Source: an uncultured Planctomycetales bacterium | GTDB lineage: Bacteria; Omnitrophota; Gorgyraeia; Zapsychrales; Fredricksoniimonadaceae | Length of the DNA stretch: 57,459 bases | Assembly (NCBI GenBank): GCA_964555945.1 | Contig: CAZKUL010000001.1 | Coordinates: forward strand, 1 to 57,459 | Reading direction: 5' to 3' | In this document: positions 16,252 through 22,538 of the stretch, piece by piece | Layout of the letters: every line of letters starts with the position of its first letter | Position numbering within the stretch: position 1 is the stretch's first letter | Position numbers and translations under genes: made by a program | Notes under the pieces: model-generated | Told to the model about the DNA's origin: nothing | Database searches by the model: none | Seen by the model: the letters and a program-made list of their open reading frames with translations, nothing else

Positions 16252-17199
16252 TTACCTTTCTTTCTCTTGAAAGCATTCATAAACAAAATTTGCCGCCTTG
16301 CTTGTCTCATCCAGCGGAATGTTCTTCCAGATTTCAATTTCACCTGAAAAAAAACGCGCTTTACCATTTTGTATTAAACCTTTACAAAATTGTTTATCAC
16401 GATTTCCGCCATTAGGCAGTTCATATATATAAACCGGCTTACCAGTCGATCAAGCTTCCGAAATCATGGAGATGGAATCACTTGTAACAACAATAACATC
16501 CGCAAGGGCCAACAAACCAAAATATGGATTTTCTCCTTTGCCATCCCAAATGTAAGAAGCAATCCCAGCGAGGTCTGGTCTCAATATGGCCTCATTTTCC
16601 TTCCCTGTCCGTCACGAAAATGAAATGGCAAGTCCGCCTCCTGTAATTGCTACTGAAGCCAGAAGTTTTTTTGCAAAATCATGGGCTAATACATCAGAAA
16701 AACCCTGATGCTTGTTTTTACCTCCGACCAACACACAAATCAAAGGACGCGGTAATGACGACAGCAAAGGACGGAAATGCATGGAAGCGCCGTTGAGCCT
16801 TTCAGTGCTGACATGATGAATAGCTCCTTGGGTAACAAAGACATTTTTCCCGCGCATTTTGTCGTGCGTAGGAACAATCACAACGTCAAACTGTTTGGGA
16901 TCTATAAAAAGGTCTTGAATATGGACAGTGAAGGTTTTATTTTTACTTGCACGACGAATAGCCACTGAAACAGGACCGCTTTGACGTCCGCAAGAAATTA
17001 GCATATCCGGCCATGGAGCAATAAGGCCACGCTCAACTGGTGAAAATAAATGCAGGAGACCCTTAGGTCTTTTAATCTCCTTTAAAATATATGGAAGTCT
17101 TAATGCTTGAGCCAGACCAATGGCCTGGTTCTGAAGGCCGACTAAGTCTTCAGTCACGATCCAACATGATGATACCTGCAAATCAGATTTAATGACCAT
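16252..17199 (-). pseudogene. ELM1/GtrOC1-family putative glycosyltransferase interrupted by two in-frame TGA codons
   Basis: A single 315-codon frame runs from 17199 to the TAA at 16252-16254. TGA at 16612-16614 falls at the first R of the family motif SRRT (..AISFS*RTGKE..). TGA at 16450-16452 falls at the conserved C of SEACxTGKPV (..MISEA*STGKPVYIY..). There are no frameshifts. Confidence 0.7.
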
Positions 17200-17211
17200 T
17201 TTTACCGCTTT

Positions 17212-17874
17212 TTAATAGGATGAAAACATTTTGAAAATGGCGGACCATCGGTGCCGATTTTGCTCATGATCGACGAATTTCTGATGAGTCACCCAGTTCA
17301 TCTGAATGACCTTACGTGTGCCTTCAAAAGGCAGATGGCCATGATAAGAATGATCGCTTCGCCTGAAAATAAGCAGGGTACCCACATTAGGAGATAACTC
17401 GGTTTTGATATCCTCAATATTATTACTGTTAAGTAGACGAAGACGGCCTGCGGCCTGATTTTCCCAGGAAGGGTTCATGTAGAGAAGCACAGTAATAATC
17501 TTGCTTTCCGAATCTGTATGTACTTGACCGTCCTTGAGCCTGCATTTGCCGCGGACCGTGAACATTGTCGGTTTACCCTCAAGATCCAGCAAAAATTTTT
17601 TTTCTATGGCGTGCCGGAAAGCATCCGAGTTTAATTCATTAATCAATTGCATAAATTCGCTGCTGCAAGACACAGAGGATAAAGGAAAACTTCCGGCAGC
17701 CTTGACTTTCGGATAAGCGTCTATCAACTTTTCTTTCCAATCCTGTAGGATAAAATCCAAAACGACCACATATTCATAGGGTGATGTTTCCAATTTCGAG
17801 TTATAAATCTTATTAACGTCAATGATAGACAAGTTCGACTTGCTTTCTACTTGTGTTTTGATTGGCTGGTTCAT
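17212..17874 (-). CDS. 2OG-Fe(II) oxygenase superfamily protein
   Basis: HxD...H iron triad context (QVHTDSE ... SYHGH) and RxS-like 2OG site. Start set at MNQPIK after the GAGGAA Shine-Dalgarno; the ORF track start 17922 is also possible. Confidence 0.6.
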   Translation of the reverse strand: MNQPIKTQVESKSNLSIIDVNKIYNSKLETSPYEYVVVLDFILQDWKEKLIDAYPKVKAAGSFPLSSVSCSSEFMQLINELNSDAFRHAIEKKFLLDLEGKPTMFTVRGKCRLKDGQVHTDSESKIITVLLYMNPSWENQAAGRLRLLNSNNIEDIKTELSPNVGTLLIFRRSDHSYHGHLPFEGTRKVIQMNWVTHQKFVDHEQNRHRWSAIFKMFSSY

Positions 17875-17995
17875 ATGTCCATTCCTCATAAAGGTATAGT
17901 CTCGGCTTTTAAAAAATGCCATTAAACTATTTTTTTAATATAACTAATTTTTTTAGATCAATTAATACTAAATTCTAGTTAGAGAGAAAATTAAT

Positions 17996-18041
17996 GAAAA
18001 AAATTGCAGATGTGGTCAAAAAGAGTGCAAATTCTTGCAGG
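17996..18041 (-). promoter_or_regulatory. triple-TGCA promoter/operator module, copy 3 (upstream of the oxygenase/ELM1/647-aa operon)
   Basis: Minus strand reads CCTGCAAGAATTTGCAC-N16-CTGCAATTTTTTTC with 10/21-bp core spacing. Starts 6 nt after the regulator gene stop. Confidence 0.6.
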
Positions 18042-18046
18042 AACAA

Positions 18047-18586
18047 TTAAATGCCATATTTCTTAAGCTTATACCAGAGATTACGTTCGGAAATTCCTAA
18101 TAAACGTGCAGCTTCTGCTTTCACACCATGAGCGGCATTGAGGGCTTTTTGGATAGCTTCTTTTTCTTTTAAACCTACTTGAGATTGTAGATCAAAATCA
18201 TTCGCTGAAGACTCCTTTTTGTTCGACACTTTCTCCATTGCTTTTTTGACAGATTGAACAAGCTCATCGACGCTAAAAGGTTTTCGTATATAATCACAAG
18301 CGCCATGTTTTAAAGTTTTAACAGCGGTATCAACATCCGCATGAGCAGTAGTCACAACAATAGGTAATTTGATTCCCAAACGTTCCATTTCATAAATAAG
18401 CTCTACCCCATCCATGACAGGCATCCGTATATCGGTCACAACAACATCAATCTTTTTATCAAATAAAAATTTCAATGCTTCCTGCCCATTGGATGCCGTC
18501 AAAACATTAAAACCATGCTCAGGCAATCCTAACCTCAAGACGCGCAGCAGGCGAGGTTCATCATCAACTATTAACATTTCAAACAT
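18047..18586 (-). CDS. response regulator, REC + Fis-type HTH (NtrC-like but lacking the AAA+ sigma54-activation domain)
   Basis: REC domain (LIVDDEP..., VVTDIRMP, KPF) joined directly to a C-terminal HTH_8-like segment (EKEAIQKALNAAHGVKAEAARLLGISERNLWYKLKKYGI). Start at MFEMLIVDD, 1 nt after the kinase stop. Confidence 0.85.
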   Translation of the reverse strand: MFEMLIVDDEPRLLRVLRLGLPEHGFNVLTASNGQEALKFLFDKKIDVVVTDIRMPVMDGVELIYEMERLGIKLPIVVTTAHADVDTAVKTLKHGACDYIRKPFSVDELVQSVKKAMEKVSNKKESSANDFDLQSQVGLKEKEAIQKALNAAHGVKAEAARLLGISERNLWYKLKKYGI

Positions 18587-18587
18587 A

Positions 18588-19901
18588 TTATTTTCCCATA
18601 GGTAGATGTATTGTAAAAGCTGTTCCATGAGGAGGAGGATTGCTAACCTCAATTCTTCCTCCGTGATCCTCAATAATGCGTTTGACCACAGTTAATCCTA
18701 TCCCGAAACCATACGGTTTAGTCGTGTACATCAAATCAAAAATCTTTTGCTTTTCTTTGGGATCTAATCCGCTTCCATAATCCCGTACCTGCAACATAAA
18801 CTCTTGTCCTACGACCATCATAGCGATTTCAATGGTATTATTTTTACTAGAGGCTTCAATAGCGTTAAGCAATAAATTCATTAATACCTGTTTGATTGCT
18901 TCAGGATGACAAGGCAAAAGTACTCCAGTCGCTTTATTATAAACGTCTAGCCTTAAATCTGCCGCACGTATTTTTGAAGCAAACAATTCAGTTACCCTTA
19001 AAACCAATGCTGATACATCTGTTGAAACCTTGGGTTTATTATCCCCACGGCGTAGATGCAATAAATCAGTCAGTAATCCATCAACCCGTTCGACTTCTGA
19101 AGATATATCTTCAGCTAAAGTAAGAACCTCTCCTGTCGAGCGTTTGGCAATCACACTGGCAGCACTTTTAACTATCCCCAAAGGATTACGGATTTCATGG
19201 GCAAGCTGCTGAACCAAGGTCACGGAAGCTATTTGTCGTTCTTGCTCCATTAACTGCTTTGTTTGTCTTTGCAATACCTTAATACTATAGGTACTTATTC
19301 CAAGTAAAAGTAAAGTAACTATTGCAATAAAATATACCCCTCCACTCTCCACTTTATATCGAGCTTTTTTAGCTTTGCCTAAAGAAACCTTAATACTATC
19401 AAAATAAAATTGACGTAATGGTTGGCTTGCTTCCTGTAATTGATCTAATGAATAAATTAATGAGGAAGTCGTTTTAGGTGTGGGCTTGGGGTGTAGAGTA
19501 GCAATCGTTTTAGTCAAATCAAGAAAAGCCTGACGTGCGGGGACAAGCAAATGTGCTTCTTGTTGCTCATGGCTGAGTAAATCTACTATTTTCTCTTCTT
19601 CTTGCTCATTTCGGGACCACGATGATAATATGTGGATTAACTCATTAGATTTTAATTTTAATTGGGTGACAGGTAGCATCCCTGCCTGCCAAGCACTGAT
19701 ATCCGTTGATATTTCTTTAAGGACATCCTCGGCAATAACCATGCGTTGGTATTCTTCCCATTCGTCCTCAAATTGAAGTTGATAAAGACGAATTCCATCA
19801 AGATAATGCAGTCCGATTCCGCCTGCAATGGCAATAGCAAGTCCAAGTATCACAAAAGCTGATGTTATTTTATTGGTTAATTTTAGGTAATATGATTTCA
19901 A
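18588..19901 (-). CDS. sensor histidine kinase
   Basis: Two TM segments flank a periplasmic/coiled region. H-box LAHEIRNPL and HATPase N/G boxes (LLLNAIEAS, DYGSGL, GFGIGL). Confidence 0.85.
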   Translation of the reverse strand: MKSYYLKLTNKITSAFVILGLAIAIAGGIGLHYLDGIRLYQLQFEDEWEEYQRMVIAEDVLKEISTDISAWQAGMLPVTQLKLKSNELIHILSSWSRNEQEEEKIVDLLSHEQQEAHLLVPARQAFLDLTKTIATLHPKPTPKTTSSLIYSLDQLQEASQPLRQFYFDSIKVSLGKAKKARYKVESGGVYFIAIVTLLLLGISTYSIKVLQRQTKQLMEQERQIASVTLVQQLAHEIRNPLGIVKSAASVIAKRSTGEVLTLAEDISSEVERVDGLLTDLLHLRRGDNKPKVSTDVSALVLRVTELFASKIRAADLRLDVYNKATGVLLPCHPEAIKQVLMNLLLNAIEASSKNNTIEIAMMVVGQEFMLQVRDYGSGLDPKEKQKIFDLMYTTKPYGFGIGLTVVKRIIEDHGGRIEVSNPPPHGTAFTIHLPMGK

Positions 19902-20266
19902 AATTTATTCACCTGTCTTCTAATAAAAACTACCATAAACAATGACTCTGCAATCATTGCCGCAACGCCAAGTGGTTCGAACCAAGCATCAGGCTCAGCT
20001 GGAATAAAAGGTAATCCTACGGTTCTACTGGCTATATAGCCACCCAATGAACCTACTGCAATCATAAGCCCAAGATTCCATCCCCAAACCTTCTTTTGAT
20101 AAATACCATACGCCGCAATTACAGCGGAAACTCCATTAGCGTAAAAAAGCCAACCTTTATAAACTGCATCACTAAAGCTATCCTTTGCATCAATTACGTG
20201 AATAAGGCCGATAATCAAAATCAATACAATCCCAGACCATAAAAGAAATTTTGATAGTTTAGTCAT
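19898..20266 (-). CDS. small 4-TM membrane protein, unknown function
   Basis: 122 aa with four hydrophobic helices. ATGA overlap with the kinase gene. First gene after motif copy 4. Confidence 0.6.
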   Translation of the reverse strand: MTKLSKFLLWSGIVLILIIGLIHVIDAKDSFSDAVYKGWLFYANGVSAVIAAYGIYQKKVWGWNLGLMIAVGSLGGYIASRTVGLPFIPAEPDAWFEPLGVAAMIAESLFMVVFIRRQVNKF

Positions 20267-20411
20267 GAAACACGCTTTCTTATGAATAAAATACTTTGGT
20301 TTATACCCTAACTAAAGAGATTAAAACACTTCATAGATTGAATAATGTACTATTATTTTACCATAAATAAAAAAGACTACGATAAAACCAATATATCTGA
20401 TAACAAACAAA

Positions 20412-20459
20412 GAAAAAAATTGCAGAAATTAATGATACACCATGCAATTTTATGCAGGG
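20412..20459 (-). promoter_or_regulatory. triple-TGCA promoter/operator module, copy 4 (upstream of the membrane protein-HK-RR operon)
   Basis: Minus strand reads CCCTGCATAAAATTGCATGG-N14-CTGCAATTTTTTTC with core spacing 10/22 bp. Confidence 0.55.
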
Positions 20460-20504
20460 TAAGGAATTAGTGGACACAGAAAATAATATTAATCAAAAGA
20501 TTAA

Positions 20505-20663
20505 TTAAATTTCAATCAAGTTGATTACAGGTATTTCAATCATGAACACTAACCATGAATGGCATACCAAACCAGATAAAACCGAAAATAGTGCTATTTC
20601 GGACCAAAGCAACGAACGATTTTCTTCGCTTAACTTTGCACCTTTTTTAATGAGTTGAATCAT
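20505..20663 (-). CDS. 52-aa small ORF with strong Shine-Dalgarno (hypothetical membrane peptide)
   Basis: AAATGGAGGTGAGGT-ATG. Product MIQLIKKGAKLSEENRSLLWSEIALFSVLSGLVCHSWLVFMIEIPVINLIEI. Below the ORF-track size cutoff. Confidence 0.4.
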   Translation of the reverse strand: MIQLIKKGAKLSEENRSLLWSEIALFSVLSGLVCHSWLVFMIEIPVINLIEI

Positions 20664-20780
20664 ACCTCACCTCCATTTATGTATGCCCTCTTTCGGAATA
20701 ATGACGCGGTCTTAAAATTTTTGGTGTCCAAATTCGATCTACATTAGGTTACTGGTAGTTAAAAAATCTTAAAAGATGTT

Positions 20781-20813
20781 AAAACAAAAAAGCTCCGTTT
20801 ATCGACGGAGTTT
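20781..20813 (-). terminator. intrinsic terminator following tRNA-like half A
   Basis: Minus strand reads CTCCGT-CGATAA-ACGGAG followed by CTTTTTTGTTTT. Confidence 0.7.
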
Positions 20814-20858
20814 CTTGATTTCTTTAAAAATAAAGGAAATAGGAAATTGGCCGGATTG

Positions 20859-20899
20859 CATTGCGAACGACGCGCTCTCCCAAACCAAGCTACCGACCC
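20859..20899 (-). repeat. tRNA-like 5' half, copy A (acceptor 5' strand, D arm, anticodon stem-loop only)
   Basis: Minus strand reads GGGTCGGTAGCTTGGTTTGGGAGAGCGCGTCGTTCGCAATG, identical at 38 of 41 positions to 34263..34223. There is no T arm or 3' acceptor strand downstream. Confidence 0.7.
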
Positions 20900-21018
20900 T
20901 TTATAACTCTTTTATTATTAATTACTTGCGACAATAAAAATTTTTTCTATTTTCTAATTTAGAGTTGGTGTCCAAATTGTGTCCGTTACGCCCTACAAAA
21001 TTAAAAGGTTCTTTAAAA

Positions 21019-21056
21019 CGTTATTAACGATGCGCTCTCCACTAAGTTAAACACAC
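21019..21056 (-). repeat. degenerate third tRNA-like 5' half
   Basis: Minus strand reads GTGTGTTTAACTTAGTGGAGAGCGCATCGTTAATAACG and aligns with the D-arm/anticodon-arm part of copies A and B. It is followed by an AATTTGGACACCAA box at 20965-20978. Confidence 0.45.
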
Positions 21057-21182
21057 TATAAATCGATTTATTGATTAGAAATTATACAACAAATCACCCT
21101 ATTGTGTATTAATTTCTCATTCGCTATTAACTAGCAAGGGATAGAACGAGTAATCATTATCTACCTATCTCATTCTTGGAAT

Positions 21183-22538
21183 TTACGCAGGAATATTGCC
21201 TACTTTGTAATCTAAAACCGCACGCTGGATCAAGTATTCATAATCAGCGTTAGCTTCGGTGATCGCAGCCTGAGTATCAGCAAGCTGGGCTTCGTTTAAA
21301 TCAACGATGGAACTTCTTCCGAGTTGGTAGCGTGTTTGTGTTAATTGTAATGATTCGTGGGTACTTTTAAGCAGCTGCCTTGTGACTTCAATATTCTTAT
21401 AAGCTGTCTGCACATTATCAAAAGCAATGCGAACGTCTCTCTGCAATTCGTTCATCTTTGCTATCAAATCTTGTTTTGCTGCCAAGGCTTTGTACTCTGC
21501 CTCTTTTTCTTCTGCCGTAATTTTACCTCCCGTAAAAAAAGGTATGCTGACAAGAATACCTGCTGCCTCGTAATGGTGAGCGATAGATTGATTATCCACG
21601 CGGTAAGGAGAAGCACCCGCATAACCAACGACGCTAATTGTCGGATATTTTGCATCACGCGCCGCTGCCTCATTTTTTAACTGAACGTTACTTTCTGCCT
21701 TCAATTCGGAAATTTCTGGATTCTGCTCAAGCGCCGTACTTATCAAAGGGCCTATGGAACCTGATGGCGGTACAATACTAACCTTATCTACCTGTTCAAA
21801 ATTTCTTGGCTCACTTAATCCAAGGGCCTCGGACAATGTCGCTTGTGCGTCATCCACCGAACTTCTAGCCTTCAATAGCAGAAGATTAGCATCAGCTACA
21901 GCTGATTCCCCTATACTTACATCTAGATCCGATTTCATCTTTGCCTTGCGCAATTCTGAAACTTGCTTAAACAATGTGCTTCGTGTTTTCAGAGCATCCT
22001 CTGACACCCGTAGTAGTGATTGCGAACGCAAAAGATCGTAATAAGCAGATATCACATTAAGTAATACTGTATCGCGTATAAAATTAGTACGATCCTTATG
22101 GGATTCTAATTCTAGTCTAGAGGAAGCAACTAAATTGCTCGTTCTGCCAAAGTCCGTAATAAGCTGGCTTAAACCTAAACCAACCGAACCACGTTCAATG
22201 ACTGAGGAACTGGTCAACCCACCGGATGCAGCTATTACGGTACCGCGATCATCAAAAGTACGCACTGCATCTCCAGTAATTTGTGGAAGGTACGCTGAAC
22301 GCGCATCATCCACATTTTCTGCTGCCGCTTTCGTAGTATATTCTGCTGAAAGTACCTGAGGATGATACTCCAAAGCGATCTTACAAGCTTCTTTCAAGGT
22401 TAATTTTTGTGGAATGCTGTCAGCATTATCAGCGAGAGCGATTCTGCTGTAAAATATGGCGAAAACCACTGTAATAAGAATGTAACGTCTCAAAAGGCCC
22501 AACACCCTAGTCATCGTATCTTTATATTTTTTTATCAT
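21183..22538 (-). CDS. TolC-family outer-membrane efflux protein
   Basis: 451 aa with a signal peptide and two internally repeated coiled-coil/beta-barrel halves typical of OMFs. The start shares 1 nt with the RND gene stop. Confidence 0.85.
   Translation of the reverse strand: MIKKYKDTMTRVLGLLRRYILITVVFAIFYSRIALADNADSIPQKLTLKEACKIALEYHPQVLSAEYTTKAAAENVDDARSAYLPQITGDAVRTFDDRGTVIAASGGLTSSSVIERGSVGLGLSQLITDFGRTSNLVASSRLELESHKDRTNFIRDTVLLNVISAYYDLLRSQSLLRVSEDALKTRSTLFKQVSELRKAKMKSDLDVSIGESAVADANLLLLKARSSVDDAQATLSEALGLSEPRNFEQVDKVSIVPPSGSIGPLISTALEQNPEISELKAESNVQLKNEAAARDAKYPTISVVGYAGASPYRVDNQSIAHHYEAAGILVSIPFFTGGKITAEEKEAEYKALAAKQDLIAKMNELQRDVRIAFDNVQTAYKNIEVTRQLLKSTHESLQLTQTRYQLGRSSIVDLNEAQLADTQAAITEANADYEYLIQRAVLDYKVGNIPA

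Noticed and set aside
16245-16367. N-terminal 41 codons (MVKRVFFQ...) of the 687-aa ORF in the track.
   Set aside because: This stretch overlaps the C-terminal part of the ELM1-like reading frame, which has family-like sequence. The start at 16244 (MQTLSQ) follows that frame's stop by 7 nt and has an AAGG upstream.
16450-16614. Genome-wide reassignment of TGA as a sense codon, to explain the two in-frame TGAs in the ELM1-like gene.
   Set aside because: TGA terminates neighbouring genes at sensible lengths (stops at 5693-5695, 7180-7182, 9633-9635 and 50225-50227). All other long ORFs are intact under the standard code.
16390-16623. Plus-strand 77-aa ORF.
   Set aside because: It lies antisense to the ELM1-like frame, whose translation shows clear family motifs, and it has no RBS or recognisable domain.
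6350-20459. Reading the triple-TGCA module as sigma54 (-24 GG / -12 GC) promoters.
   Set aside because: None of the four copies has the GG dinucleotide. The two TGCA cores are 10 bp apart, whereas the TGGCAC-N5-TTGC geometry requires 11. The adjacent NtrC-like regulator also lacks the AAA+ domain needed to activate sigma54.
20859-20899. Functional tRNA genes at 20859-20899 and 34223-34263.
   Set aside because: Only the acceptor 5' strand, D arm and anticodon stem-loop are present. No T arm (GTTCGAATC-like) and no sequence complementary to GGGTCGG follows before the terminator.
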